From positions 10,401 through 74,400 of IMG/VR virus record IMGVR_UViG_3300050343_000281: a stretch of DNA of 64,000 nucleotides, one strand, 5' to 3'. This DNA is from a virus. Shown piece after piece: positions 37,699-48,865 of this stretch. The position numbers and the translations under genes were made by a program. The notes beneath the pieces are model-generated. The model did not search any database, was not told where the DNA came from, and saw only the letters and a list, made by a program, of their open reading frames with translations. How positions within the stretch are numbered: the first letter of the stretch is position 1; every line of letters starts with the position of its first letter.

Positions 37699-39942
37699 AT
37701 GGCACAACAATTAAAGAAGAAGTTTATTGCCGACAACGCAGTTGACGGTGATAAAATCAAACTACTTAAAGATCAGTCTTTAGAAATTGAAAATCAAGCT
37801 GGTCAAGTAATTAGCTTGTTACAATTAAATGCTTCTGATGAAGTTCTTATTAAAGGCGAAGCTGCTGCTACAAGAGCTTACGTTGATCAAGAAGTTAGTG
37901 CAGAAGAGACTAGAGCAATGGCTGCTGAAAGTGTTTTACAGGGCGAAATTAATGCAGAAGAAGTAGCTAGAATTGCTGCAGACTCTGCTTTACAAGATGC
38001 TGTAGATGCTGAAGTAGCTGCAAGAATTGCTGCTGACGATGTTTTAGATACTGCAATTAGTGCAGAGCAATCTAGAGCACAAGGCGAAGAAGCAAGAATT
38101 GAAGGTAAAGTAGATCAAGAAGTAATTGATAGAGCTGCTGCTGATACCACATTACAAGGTAATATAGATGCAGAAGAATCTAGAGCACTTGCTCAAGAAG
38201 CTGCTATCAGAGGCGAATTTGCTGCTGCTGATACTGCACTACATACTACTATTTCTGCAGAAATTGATGCAGATGTTTTAGTAGAAACTCAAAGAGCACA
38301 AGGTGAAGAGTCTAGAATTGAAGGTATAGTAGATCAAGAGGTTCTTGATAGAGCTGCTGCTGATACTACATTACAAAGTGCAATTGATACTGAAAAAAGT
38401 AGAATTGATGCAATTTTATCAGCTTCTACTGCAAATGCGGACAGTTTCAAAGAAATTGTTGACTTAATCAATTCAGTTGATACTGCAAACGATGACGCTT
38501 TTGCTGCCTATGTACTATCTAATAACGCTGCATTAGCTGCTGAAGTATCAGCTAGAGGGACACTAGAAGGCGAATTTGATGCTTACGTAATTTCTAACGA
38601 TGCTGCATTAGCACAAGAAGTTAGTGATAGAGCTGCTGACGTAAATGCAGAAGAAACCAGAGCACTAGCTGCTGAAGGTGTTTTACAAGGTAATATTGAT
38701 TCAGAAGCTGCTTCTAGAGCTGCTGAAGATCTATTAATGTTAAAATTAGATGGGTCTAGACCAATGGGGGCTGCTTTAGCTATGGGATCTTTTAAGATTT
38801 CAGGAATGGCAGACGGTTCTGTTGCTTCAGATGCTATTAATAAAGGTCAATTAGATGCTGCAATCGCTGGAGCTGCTTCAGACGTAACAGCTTTAGAAAA
38901 TGAGTTAACTCAAGAAATTTCTGACAGAGAAGCTGGCGACGCTGCTATAAAAGGTGTTCTGGGAGGAATGGAAGCTTATACTACTATTAAAGCTCTAAGT
39001 GACGCTGTAGAAGCTGAAGAGTCTGCTAGAGGTACTTTAGAAGGCGAGTTCGATGCTTATGTTATATCTAACGATGCTGCATTAGCACAAGAAGTTTCTG
39101 ATAGAAGTGCATTAGAAGGGGAGTTTGACGCTTATAAAATCTCTAATGATGCGGCTTTAGCTGCTGAAGTATCAGCTAGAGAAACTTTAGAAGGTGAGCA
39201 TGACGCTTATGTTATCTCAAATAATGCTGCATTAGCACAAGAAGTTTCAGCCAGAGGCTCTGCTGACAATACGCTACAAAGTAACATTGATGCTGAAGCA
39301 TCAGCTAGAATTGCTGCAGACGTTGTTTTACAAAGTGCAATTGACACTGAAAAAGGTAGAATTGATACTATCTTAGATATGTCTACTGCAGATGCGGACA
39401 GTTTCAAAGAAATTGTTGACTTAATCAATAGCGTAGATACTGAAAATGATAATTTATTTTCTGGACATGTAACAACTTATAACGCTTATGTTACTGCAAA
39501 CGACGCTAGAGTTTTAGCTGTAGAAGGCGAAGTTGATACTCTTCAGTCTGAAATGAGTGCTGTAGAAGGTAGACTTGATATAGTTGAGCCAAAAGTTTCT
39601 ACTCTAGAAATGGAAATGGACGCTGTAGAAAACAGAGCTACTACTTTAGAAGGTGAAATGGACTCTGCTGAAGGAAGATTAGACGCTATTGAAGCTGAAG
39701 TTTTCCATAAAGAGCAGTTTGTTCTTACTCAAATTCAAATAGACGCTCAAAAAGTAGTTCTTTCTAATGCTCCACAAGCTAACTCTGTAGTAGCTTTTGC
39801 GGGTAGACTAGCTCTTCACGAAGGTGCTGCTCAAGATTACGAAATGTCTGGTTCTGATTTTCAATTCAGAGGAGACATTGCTACAGCCGGAGTTTCTGCT
39901 CTTGTAGCTGGAGATGTTATTACTATAGTTTACTACAAGTAA
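37699..39942 (+). CDS. Long alpha-helical tail fibre protein
   Basis: E..R..AAD..LQ..ID repeats, duplicated ADSFKEIVDLINSVDT, LKLDGSRPM...DAINKGQLD motif. Confidence 0.8.
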   Translation: MAQQLKKKFIADNAVDGDKIKLLKDQSLEIENQAGQVISLLQLNASDEVLIKGEAAATRAYVDQEVSAEETRAMAAESVLQGEINAEEVARIAADSALQDAVDAEVAARIAADDVLDTAISAEQSRAQGEEARIEGKVDQEVIDRAAADTTLQGNIDAEESRALAQEAAIRGEFAAADTALHTTISAEIDADVLVETQRAQGEESRIEGIVDQEVLDRAAADTTLQSAIDTEKSRIDAILSASTANADSFKEIVDLINSVDTANDDAFAAYVLSNNAALAAEVSARGTLEGEFDAYVISNDAALAQEVSDRAADVNAEETRALAAEGVLQGNIDSEAASRAAEDLLMLKLDGSRPMGAALAMGSFKISGMADGSVASDAINKGQLDAAIAGAASDVTALENELTQEISDREAGDAAIKGVLGGMEAYTTIKALSDAVEAEESARGTLEGEFDAYVISNDAALAQEVSDRSALEGEFDAYKISNDAALAAEVSARETLEGEHDAYVISNNAALAQEVSARGSADNTLQSNIDAEASARIAADVVLQSAIDTEKGRIDTILDMSTADADSFKEIVDLINSVDTENDNLFSGHVTTYNAYVTANDARVLAVEGEVDTLQSEMSAVEGRLDIVEPKVSTLEMEMDAVENRATTLEGEMDSAEGRLDAIEAEVFHKEQFVLTQIQIDAQKVVLSNAPQANSVVAFAGRLALHEGAAQDYEMSGSDFQFRGDIATAGVSALVAGDVITIVYYK

Positions 39943-39959
39943 TAGATATTAATTAAATT

Positions 39960-39981
39960 GGAGGGCTTTGCCCTCCTCTTT
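39960..39981 (+). terminator. Probable terminator
   Basis: GGAGGGC-TTT-GCCCTCC then TCTTT. Confidence 0.55.
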
Positions 39982-40000
39982 ATAAAACAAAGGAATTAAA

Positions 40001-40813
40001 ATGTTAACTATAAATGGAGATTTACAAAAAGGCTCAGAAGTAGAATTTGTGCTAAATCTAAACGATCTTCTAGCACATTCTAAAGTTTCTAGTGACGGCT
40101 ATTTTTCTAATCAAGGGATTTGGGATAAAATTCTTTTAAGTTATTCTAGTGTACCTGGACTTCAAAAAGAAGTATTAGTATTTAAAGATGTAGATCTTGG
40201 TATAGATAGTTCTGCAGATTTTGGAGTATTTTCAAATGCTAGGGATAGTTTTTTTATAAAAAGCTTAACAATTTTAGACAAACAAGGTGGATATTTACAG
40301 ATAAAAAGAGATGAGCTAACAGTAGCTGATTTTGACATTCATCTAGGAGACGCTCCATTAGAGTTTAATGGTTTTAGCGGAGTAGGGTCTAATGATGTTG
40401 AAATAAACTTAATAGATACTATTCAAAGTGATATTGTAACCCTTCAAAATGAAGTAAATACACTTAAACAAAGTCCTACAGCTCCTGGTAATTTAGTAGA
40501 CGCTGCTGAAATAACAAATAACCAAAGTGTTTTTGTTAACATAGCTGATGCAGTATTACCAGAAGGAACTAAAACTGCTATATTACACTATAGCGTAGAA
40601 AGATCTAATAGTGTGGATAGTTTTTTACAAATTGGAGAACTAAAAGTTGTTACCGATGGAACTAGTTTTTTTATAAACGATAGTTTTAGTGGTGATTTTG
40701 CTGGAGTAGATTTTAATATCACAAGCTCAGGTCAGATACAATATAAAAGCTCTTACATGGCTTCAATTAGCTATCAAAGTAAGTTGTATATTAAAATAGT
40801 ATCTTCTTTTTAG
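40001..40813 (+). CDS. Virion/tail-associated protein
   Basis: Short coiled coil then shared C-terminal domain. Confidence 0.65.
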   Translation: MLTINGDLQKGSEVEFVLNLNDLLAHSKVSSDGYFSNQGIWDKILLSYSSVPGLQKEVLVFKDVDLGIDSSADFGVFSNARDSFFIKSLTILDKQGGYLQIKRDELTVADFDIHLGDAPLEFNGFSGVGSNDVEINLIDTIQSDIVTLQNEVNTLKQSPTAPGNLVDAAEITNNQSVFVNIADAVLPEGTKTAILHYSVERSNSVDSFLQIGELKVVTDGTSFFINDSFSGDFAGVDFNITSSGQIQYKSSYMASISYQSKLYIKIVSSF

Positions 40814-40943
40814 TATATAAAAAATACTAACTTAGTATCGTCCTGGATTTTTATTTTAATAATGTAATTACAAGGATTTATAGAATATTATATTCATATA
40901 ATGTTGATTTTTTAACAACTATAGTACAAATAGGAGTGTACAC

Positions 40944-41303
40944 ATGAAAAAAGATAAAAGAATGAAAGGAATGGCTAAGTTAAGTCAGTTAAGTGAGCTT
41001 AGTAAAGAAATGAAAAAAATGATGGGCGATGACTATGCTAAGGGACTTCAAAAAGTTACAGTAGCATCTGACTCTCCAGAAGGTCTTAAAAAAGGACTAT
41101 CAAAAGCACAAGAAATCATGGAAAAAAAAGGTCTTATGAAAGAAGAAAAAGAAGATAAGGCTGAAGAAAAAGAAGAAGATGAAATGTGCGAAGCTTGCGA
41201 AGGAGAAGGTTGCGAAGCTTGTGAAGAACAAGAAGAAATGTCTCCAGAAGTAATTAAAAAACAAATCAAGGAACTTCAGGCAAAATTAGCTGAAATGGAG
41301 TAA
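40944..41303 (+). CDS. Charged protein with CxxCxGxGCxxC motif
   Basis: KVTVASDSPEGLKKGL and CEACEGEGCEAC. Confidence 0.7.
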   Translation: MKKDKRMKGMAKLSQLSELSKEMKKMMGDDYAKGLQKVTVASDSPEGLKKGLSKAQEIMEKKGLMKEEKEDKAEEKEEDEMCEACEGEGCEACEEQEEMSPEVIKKQIKELQAKLAEME

Positions 41304-41306
41304 TAG

Positions 41307-42308
41307 ATGGCAAGACCAATAATTGCCTCTAAGCTGATCAGATCAGTTAGAAATAGGGCTTTAATCCCAACAGATACTTCTACATACCAAGACCAAGATA
41401 TTCTCGATATTCTAAACGAGGAAGTTACACAAGGTCTTTTATCCACAATTATGTCTCTAAATGAAGAACATTTAGTAGACCATATCGACATTCCAATAAA
41501 CTCAACTCAAGACTTATCAAACGGTATAAAAATACCAGAAAGAGCAGTAGGTAATAAATTAAGAGAAGTTTCCTATATTAGAGAAGGAAATATATACGAA
41601 TTATCTAGAATCTCTTTAGAAGAACTTTCTGACTACAGAAATGACTTTGATAGATATAACTATAACCTAGACCTTTTTTATATAGAAGGAGATAGGATTA
41701 AATTTGTATCTAATAGAGTTAGTGCTGATTTTGTAAGAGTATATTTTTACATGATGCCTAATGATATAGTACTTGAAACAGAATGTGCTCAAATAATAAA
41801 TATACTTGATAACGGAGATGGAACTACAAAGTTAACTTTATCTACTTTTCCAGAAAGTTTATTAGCTGTAAATGGAGATTATCCTTTATATGACTTTGTT
41901 AGTCCAAAAGTTCCTAATAAAATTACAGGATTTGATGTAAAACTATTAGAAACTGAAAGTCCTATAAACCAAAACGATAAAACTATACTTTTTAAAACAG
42001 AAGATCTTCCATCTAACTTAGAAAAAAATGATTATTTATGTAAGCAATTTACCACTCCTTATCTAAACATGCCTACAGAAATGCACTCATTATTAGCACA
42101 AAGAGCTGCTATATATATCCTTGAAGCACTTGGAGATACAGAAGGCTTAAGAAACGCTGCTGCTAGATTACAGGGAATGAATGTATCTATTCAAACTGTT
42201 TTAGAAGATAGAGTAGAAGGTGCTCCACAAAAAATTAACCCAAGACACTCACCTCTTTCTCAGACATCTTGGGTTGGGACAAGAGGTAGAAATAAAGGGA
42301 GAGGATAA
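41307..42308 (+). CDS. Head-tail adaptor / tail tubular protein A-like
   Basis: LIRSVRNRA...DILDILNEE...IPERAVGNKLR; position before nozzle-like gene. Confidence 0.65.
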   Translation: MARPIIASKLIRSVRNRALIPTDTSTYQDQDILDILNEEVTQGLLSTIMSLNEEHLVDHIDIPINSTQDLSNGIKIPERAVGNKLREVSYIREGNIYELSRISLEELSDYRNDFDRYNYNLDLFYIEGDRIKFVSNRVSADFVRVYFYMMPNDIVLETECAQIINILDNGDGTTKLTLSTFPESLLAVNGDYPLYDFVSPKVPNKITGFDVKLLETESPINQNDKTILFKTEDLPSNLEKNDYLCKQFTTPYLNMPTEMHSLLAQRAAIYILEALGDTEGLRNAAARLQGMNVSIQTVLEDRVEGAPQKINPRHSPLSQTSWVGTRGRNKGRG

Positions 42309-45300
42309 TGTCTCAAAGATCCAATACCATTAAAGCTGCAGGATTATATACATTTTTATCAGAGCTACAAGCTCCAGAAGGGAGTTTAGTAAAAGCTGAT
42401 AATATAAATATAGATGAAATGGGAGTTATCACTCCTAGAAGAGGCTTTGGTGATTATGGAGAAGAACTTCCTAATACTAGTCAAACAGTTAAACAATTAT
42501 TAGAATATAAAAACAGAATACTAAGACATTATAACGGTAAGTTAGAATTTGACGATGGTAACGGAGTATTCACTCCATTCTTAGAAACTATTGAAGAAGT
42601 AGAGCCAGGTCTTAGAATAAAATCAAAACAAGTAAACAGTAATTTATATTTTACTAGTAGCGAAGGTATAAAAAAACTTTCTGCAAAAACATCAGCAGAT
42701 TTAAGTAATATTAACATTGATAATGCAGGAGTCCCAAAAGCAGTAGACCTAACTGCTAAAGTATCTCCAGCTTCTACAGCACTAGGTTTTTTACCCCCTA
42801 GATCTAAAGTAGGTTATAAAATTCTCTATGGATATAGAGATTTAAATAATGTACTTATATTAGGAGCACCTACTTCAATAACCGTTGTTACAAATGCTGA
42901 AAGAGATATTCCTACTCCAGAACAGTTTAGTATTACTTTTCAAGAAGGTACTAGTGCTGAGCAAGATTTTATAAGTACTGAAGGAATTGGAAAATACTTT
43001 ACAATATCTACATTAGATATAGACTACTATGTTTGGTATAATATAGCAGATATTGGAGACTCAGAAACGGCTACTGAAAGACCAGAAGACGAAGATACTT
43101 TTGGGAAAATACCAATTCAAGTTAATGTTAATAAAACTGACACTAATGAAAAAATAGCTGCAAAAACAGCAAACGTACTAAACAATGAATTATCTTCTCA
43201 ATTTGAAGTAATATTTTTAGGAAATAAGATTACACTAAAGAGTAAAGAAGATGGTAATATAAAAAACGCAACTAATGGAAATTTAACAGCTAATGAAATC
43301 TTACTAGAGATCATTCTAGAAGGTAATTTAATAGAAGGTAAAAACGTAAATTGCGAAATAGAAACGGTAATACCAAATACAATAGATAAAGACAGATTAC
43401 CGTTTTTTATTCAAATATATAGAACTAGATTTATAACAGCTACTGAAGATCAAGAACTTTCTGATATACTTCCAGGAGAAGAATGTAACTTGGTCCATGA
43501 AGAAGCTATAACACTAGAGCCTGGGCAAATATATACCCATATAGATGACGTAACAGAAGACTTTAGAGATAGAGGAACTCCTTTATACAATAATCCATTT
43601 TCAGGAGAAGGTCTACTACAAACCAATGAAATCCCACCTATTGCAAAGGATATAGAAAACTTTAATAACTATACCTTTTATTCCAACACAAAAACATTCC
43701 ACAGATCTCAATTTAGATTTATTTCAGTAGACGATTTTAAAAACGAAGAAACAGCTATATTTATAGGAAATGAAGATATACTTAATCAATATGTTTTTAG
43801 AGGAGTACAGGAACAAACTACAATTACTTGTGGAACAAAAGCTAATACAGCAGAGTCTGTTATTGAAGAAAATCAATTAGTTTTTAAAAACCCTAATTTA
43901 AATTATTTAAAAGATACTGCAGAGTTTCAAGTTGCGGTAGATAATGGGATAGTGTCATCGTCCAGTGCTTCTTTAGCAATTTTTGAAAATTACTTGGCAG
44001 ATGCACCATCTTTAAATACTTTAAATTTTTATGAAATAGTTAATAACCAGTTAATATTAAAAAACAATAATATAGAAATTTTTAATGAAGAAATAAAATC
44101 TATAAGCATATATCAAAACTATTTAGCAACTTTAAGCCTAAGAGGAGATCCTCCCAATACTGATGGAGTTTTACGTTTATATGAGATCATAAAAGATCCT
44201 GTTACTGAGGACATAATTCTTAATGGAGCCGGATTTTCTACTTTTGATTCTAATGTTTTATCTAATAATAGTGTGTTGTCTATTTTTAACGATACTGTGG
44301 TTCATACAAATGAAGATGGTGATAATATATTTATACATAAAATACAAAACAACACTATAAACCCTACTCCAGACCTTATAATAGATAATCAAACAATTAC
44401 TGATTTAAAAATATCTAGTTTGAGTCTTTATCAAGATTTATTATTAGTAGGAGGAGAAAAAACTTTATTAATTGATATATCTGATTTGCAGAATATAGTT
44501 ATAAAAAATGAAATTAACACTGAAATGCAAGAATCTTTTGTATCAATACAAGGATCATATGCTTTAGTATCTAATGTTTTATCTTCTGGAAGTAACGATT
44601 CTTTTACTAATGCTGGAGAGGTTAAAGTATATAAAATTAATACAAATAATCAACTAAATTTGTTAACCACTTTGTACTCTCCTATTGAAATAGATAGTGG
44701 CTCTTTTGGAAGATCTGTAGACGTTTATAACAATTATATAATAATAGGACAAAGAAAAAGAACCTTACCTTCAGGAGAAGGAAATTCATTTTTATTTAGA
44801 ATAAATAATGACGATTCTATAGAATTAATTGATGTACAAAGCTCTAGTGATGAAACGCAAACAACTTCTTTTGGAGAAATGGTAAGATTGTATGATGATA
44901 AAATAGCTGTAGGAACTACGGGACCTGTTGGAGCACCAGGCACTCATTTATTTCAAATAAAAAACAGCGAATATCTTCCAATAGAATCTACTCAACAAAA
45001 TCCAGCATATTTAAAAATATACTCAAGAGAAGACGAAAACAAATATTATTTATGGTATAATCTAGGACAGGGGGTAGATCCATCAACATTAGATAATACT
45101 TTAGAAGATTTTACTGGGATAGAGGTAAATATAACAGAAAATGACAATTTTACTGAAATACTAGAGTCAACAAAAGAAAGTCTTGAAGTATTTTCGGATT
45201 TTCAAATAAACACTGTAAATTTATTGGAAAGTTTTTTAGCAAAACAATCAACTAACATATTTAATAAAGAAAATCACGGACTTGTTACTAATACTAAAGT

Positions 45301-48300
45301 TATCTATAAAGATAAAAATTGTAATGCAATTCCGATAGATAATAACAACTTTAAGTTATATGATATAGATTCAAGCTCTGAAATTAAAGTTGGATCTATA
45401 CTAACAGAAGTATTACAAAACCCTTTAGATCACCGCCTAGAAAAAGATAATCATGGATTACAAAATGGAAACAGTGTAACTTATAATAATATAGATTACA
45501 TAGTAACTAAAGCTACTGAAAATCACTTTAAGTTATTAGAAGATGATGGCCAAGAAGTGGAAATACCAGGAATTGTTTTAGAAAATGTTACAGTTACTAG
45601 TAATGAGTTTGCAAGTAATGGTCATGGATTATTAAATAATGATTTTGTAAGACTAATAGGCACAGTAGATGATCCAAGTAAAGACGGAGAATACTTTGTT
45701 ATAAATACTATGACAGACACTTTCCAACTATCTATTACAGAAGGAGGACCTGCAGAAACATTTACTGATACGTCTAATTTAACTTTATATTCTTTGGAAG
45801 AAATAGATATACAAGTAAACGATAATTCAAGTACAATTGAAATTACTACTCCATTTAGACTTAATGTAAAAAACTCAAATGCAGGACAATCGACTGGTAT
45901 TGAAAATGTAGATCAAACCGAGGTAGAAGTTGTAAATGTTTCTCAAGGATTATCATCATATATTAATTTATATTCTGCAGAAGACACAATACATTATTAT
46001 ATTTGGTTCAATAAAGGAAATTCTATTGATCCTTTAGTAAATCAAGCTATAGGCATAGAAGTTGATATTTCTAGTGAATTAATAGCAGATAGCGAAAACG
46101 TATCTGTATATTTAAGACAAGCTTTATTAGATAATTTAGATTTTTTTGTAACACTTACAAATCCTTCTGGTGGAGTAATTGTAACTAATTCTGAAAACGG
46201 AGAGTCTACAAATTCCAGTACATTTGAAAATATTGAAACTGACATAGGTAATGGATGGGCTATTACTACGGATATTGAAGGCATAGGAGAAGATACTAGT
46301 ACTCAATCGTGTAAGTGGTCTATAAACCCATCAATAGCTATAAGCATAGAAGAAACAGCTAGGTCTTTTGTAAGAGTTGTTAATAGGGATGTAGATAGTC
46401 CAGTAAATGCATTTTATTTATCTGGAGAAGAAGACATACCAGGATTAATATTATTAGAAAATAGAAATGTAGAAGATAAACCATTTTATGTAGGAGTTAG
46501 AAATACTGGAAATATAGGCAAAGACATATCTACAGAGTTTGATCCAGCCCTGCCATTTGCAGAAGGAAAACTTGGAACTGAAATTACTGTAGGTGATATT
46601 GTTAAACTATTAGGAGAAGATATAATAAGGGTAAGTTTTGAAAAACATGGATTAAATGTAGGAGATGAAATATATTTTTATTTAGGACCAATAGACGAAC
46701 AGTCCAATGTAGATCAAATAAAACAAACTTTTACTGTTATAGAAAAAATAGAGGAAGGGATAGATCCTAATAATAATTTTTATTTGGAGTTTTCACAAAT
46801 AATAGACACCACTAACAGCCCTAGCTTTTACTTTTACAAAACAGATCAAGCTTCTGAAAACGAAGTAAAACCAAATAGGTTATATTACTCTAAGTTACTA
46901 CAACCAGAAGCAGTTCCTATTGGTAACTTTTTGGATGTAGGTAGTAGAGATTTTCCTATAGAAAGAATAATTGCATTAAGAGATACTTTGTTTGTTTTAA
47001 AAACAGACGGTATATATATGTTAACAGGATTTGGTGCTCCATTTGCAGTAAGGATATTAGATAATACTAGTAAAATAATCGCTCCAGATTCTGCAGTAGT
47101 GTTAAATAATCAAATATACTGCTTAACTGATGACGGAGTGGCTTCTATTACGGAAAGCGGAATATCTATTATATCAAGACCGATAGAAGATAGATTACTA
47201 GAAGTTACTGGGCAAGACTTTGATTTTAGACTTAGTACTTTTGCAGTACCTTACGATAACGATAAAGCATATATACTGTGGCTTCCAGTATCTTCTGAAG
47301 ACACAGTTTCTAAACAAGCCTATAGATACAACTACTATGAAAGAACTTGGACAAGATGGACAGTATCAGCTACTTCTGGAGTAGTATCAAATGATAGTAT
47401 CTTATATTTAGGTGACGGAGAACGACCATATACACTAAAAGAAAGAAAATCAAGATCTAGATTAGATTTTTCTGACATAAACTTTACTTTACAAATACCT
47501 CCTGATTCTGTAATTGGAGAAACTACTATAAGGTTGTCTAATTTTTCTAAGGTTGAAGTAGGGGATGTTTTAGTACAAGAACAATACGTTACAATTGACG
47601 TATATAATAATTTATTACTAAAACTAGATTTAGATCCCTTAGTAATTCCAGATGAAAATGAAAAATACGAAGCAATAAAAGCTGCTCCAGGAGATAACAT
47701 ATCTACAAAATTAGATCAACTTGAACAAAAACTAATATCAGATGGGATAAATATATCCGATAGAACATGGATACCATCTGCTCAAGATCTTGAAACTAGT
47801 ACATTTGCAGAATATATTAGGGATGAATTTAATGCATTTATAGATGAGTTGAATAACGAAAATAGTGGAACACAGTATAAAACTTATTCAAAAGCTAATC
47901 AGTTAATTCAATATGAATCTATAGTAGATAGCAAAAATACAAAAAGACCTGACTTAAATCGAATATCTGTTTTAATGCCTCATAGATTTTTTGAAGGAGA
48001 TATAGAAATATATAAAGCTATAAAAGCAGAAATACAATGGAATCCATTACATTTTGGAGATCCATCAGCCCAAAAGCAATTTAGTAAAGGTACGGTAATA
48101 GTAGATCAAAATAATTTTACAAAAGCAACTGTTTCTTATTCTTCAGATGTCTCGCAAGGATTTGTGGACATAGAAAAACAAGGTAAGGGAGTCGGATATT
48201 TTTCTTCTGGAAATTACGGAGATTCTAATTTGTATTGGGGAGGAGATGGAAATGATGTTCCATTGTTGAATATCATTCCTAGAGAAAAACAAAGAGGAAG

Positions 48301-48403
48301 ATACCTTAACGTAAAATTCCAACATGCAGTAGCTAGAGAAGGATTTAGAGTATTGGGAGTAACCACAGTAGTAAGAGCTGTATCAGATAGGGGATATAGA
48401 TAA
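42308..48403 (+). CDS. Tail nozzle / tubular protein B-like, with large insertions
   Basis: APEGSL..ADNI.ID..G....RRG start; NRLYYSK...PEAVP, LFVLKTDGIY, SIISRPIE propeller motifs. Confidence 0.7.
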   Translation: MSQRSNTIKAAGLYTFLSELQAPEGSLVKADNINIDEMGVITPRRGFGDYGEELPNTSQTVKQLLEYKNRILRHYNGKLEFDDGNGVFTPFLETIEEVEPGLRIKSKQVNSNLYFTSSEGIKKLSAKTSADLSNINIDNAGVPKAVDLTAKVSPASTALGFLPPRSKVGYKILYGYRDLNNVLILGAPTSITVVTNAERDIPTPEQFSITFQEGTSAEQDFISTEGIGKYFTISTLDIDYYVWYNIADIGDSETATERPEDEDTFGKIPIQVNVNKTDTNEKIAAKTANVLNNELSSQFEVIFLGNKITLKSKEDGNIKNATNGNLTANEILLEIILEGNLIEGKNVNCEIETVIPNTIDKDRLPFFIQIYRTRFITATEDQELSDILPGEECNLVHEEAITLEPGQIYTHIDDVTEDFRDRGTPLYNNPFSGEGLLQTNEIPPIAKDIENFNNYTFYSNTKTFHRSQFRFISVDDFKNEETAIFIGNEDILNQYVFRGVQEQTTITCGTKANTAESVIEENQLVFKNPNLNYLKDTAEFQVAVDNGIVSSSSASLAIFENYLADAPSLNTLNFYEIVNNQLILKNNNIEIFNEEIKSISIYQNYLATLSLRGDPPNTDGVLRLYEIIKDPVTEDIILNGAGFSTFDSNVLSNNSVLSIFNDTVVHTNEDGDNIFIHKIQNNTINPTPDLIIDNQTITDLKISSLSLYQDLLLVGGEKTLLIDISDLQNIVIKNEINTEMQESFVSIQGSYALVSNVLSSGSNDSFTNAGEVKVYKINTNNQLNLLTTLYSPIEIDSGSFGRSVDVYNNYIIIGQRKRTLPSGEGNSFLFRINNDDSIELIDVQSSSDETQTTSFGEMVRLYDDKIAVGTTGPVGAPGTHLFQIKNSEYLPIESTQQNPAYLKIYSREDENKYYLWYNLGQGVDPSTLDNTLEDFTGIEVNITENDNFTEILESTKESLEVFSDFQINTVNLLESFLAKQSTNIFNKENHGLVTNTKVIYKDKNCNAIPIDNNNFKLYDIDSSSEIKVGSILTEVLQNPLDHRLEKDNHGLQNGNSVTYNNIDYIVTKATENHFKLLEDDGQEVEIPGIVLENVTVTSNEFASNGHGLLNNDFVRLIGTVDDPSKDGEYFVINTMTDTFQLSITEGGPAETFTDTSNLTLYSLEEIDIQVNDNSSTIEITTPFRLNVKNSNAGQSTGIENVDQTEVEVVNVSQGLSSYINLYSAEDTIHYYIWFNKGNSIDPLVNQAIGIEVDISSELIADSENVSVYLRQALLDNLDFFVTLTNPSGGVIVTNSENGESTNSSTFENIETDIGNGWAITTDIEGIGEDTSTQSCKWSINPSIAISIEETARSFVRVVNRDVDSPVNAFYLSGEEDIPGLILLENRNVEDKPFYVGVRNTGNIGKDISTEFDPALPFAEGKLGTEITVGDIVKLLGEDIIRVSFEKHGLNVGDEIYFYLGPIDEQSNVDQIKQTFTVIEKIEEGIDPNNNFYLEFSQIIDTTNSPSFYFYKTDQASENEVKPNRLYYSKLLQPEAVPIGNFLDVGSRDFPIERIIALRDTLFVLKTDGIYMLTGFGAPFAVRILDNTSKIIAPDSAVVLNNQIYCLTDDGVASITESGISIISRPIEDRLLEVTGQDFDFRLSTFAVPYDNDKAYILWLPVSSEDTVSKQAYRYNYYERTWTRWTVSATSGVVSNDSILYLGDGERPYTLKERKSRSRLDFSDINFTLQIPPDSVIGETTIRLSNFSKVEVGDVLVQEQYVTIDVYNNLLLKLDLDPLVIPDENEKYEAIKAAPGDNISTKLDQLEQKLISDGINISDRTWIPSAQDLETSTFAEYIRDEFNAFIDELNNENSGTQYKTYSKANQLIQYESIVDSKNTKRPDLNRISVLMPHRFFEGDIEIYKAIKAEIQWNPLHFGDPSAQKQFSKGTVIVDQNNFTKATVSYSSDVSQGFVDIEKQGKGVGYFSSGNYGDSNLYWGGDGNDVPLLNIIPREKQRGRYLNVKFQHAVAREGFRVLGVTTVVRAVSDRGYR

Positions 48404-48810
48404 TGGCAAAAATAAATAACTATAAAGCTATATCTTACGAAGACTATTCAGAAGAAGCTGCTGAAATAATGGAAGACCTTGCTGATATTCTAAATCCTTT
48501 TATGAGGGAAGTGACCGATGTAATAAACGGTAATCTAGATTTTGAGAACTTACAACAAAATATAGTAGAGTTACAAGTTACTGTAAATTCTAATGGAGTA
48601 CCTAATGTAAATAAACTAAATGTAGGGAGATCTTCTGTAAAAGGACTAGATGTCATAAATGCTAGAAATCTTACAAATTCAAGTACTTATCCTACAGCTA
48701 AACCATTTATATCATTTTCTCCAACAACTACGTCAAATGTAGTTACTTTAAATAATATCAGTGGTTTACCAGCTAACAACAAATTTATATTAACAATAGT
48801 AGTATATTAA
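48403..48810 (+). CDS. Tail-associated protein
   Basis: LNPFM......INGNLDF.NL; coupled to nozzle gene. Confidence 0.6.
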   Translation: MAKINNYKAISYEDYSEEAAEIMEDLADILNPFMREVTDVINGNLDFENLQQNIVELQVTVNSNGVPNVNKLNVGRSSVKGLDVINARNLTNSSTYPTAKPFISFSPTTTSNVVTLNNISGLPANNKFILTIVVY

Positions 48811-48865
48811 TTATTTGATTTTTAACAACTATAGGTATATAATATCAATGAAATAGGGTGGAAGA

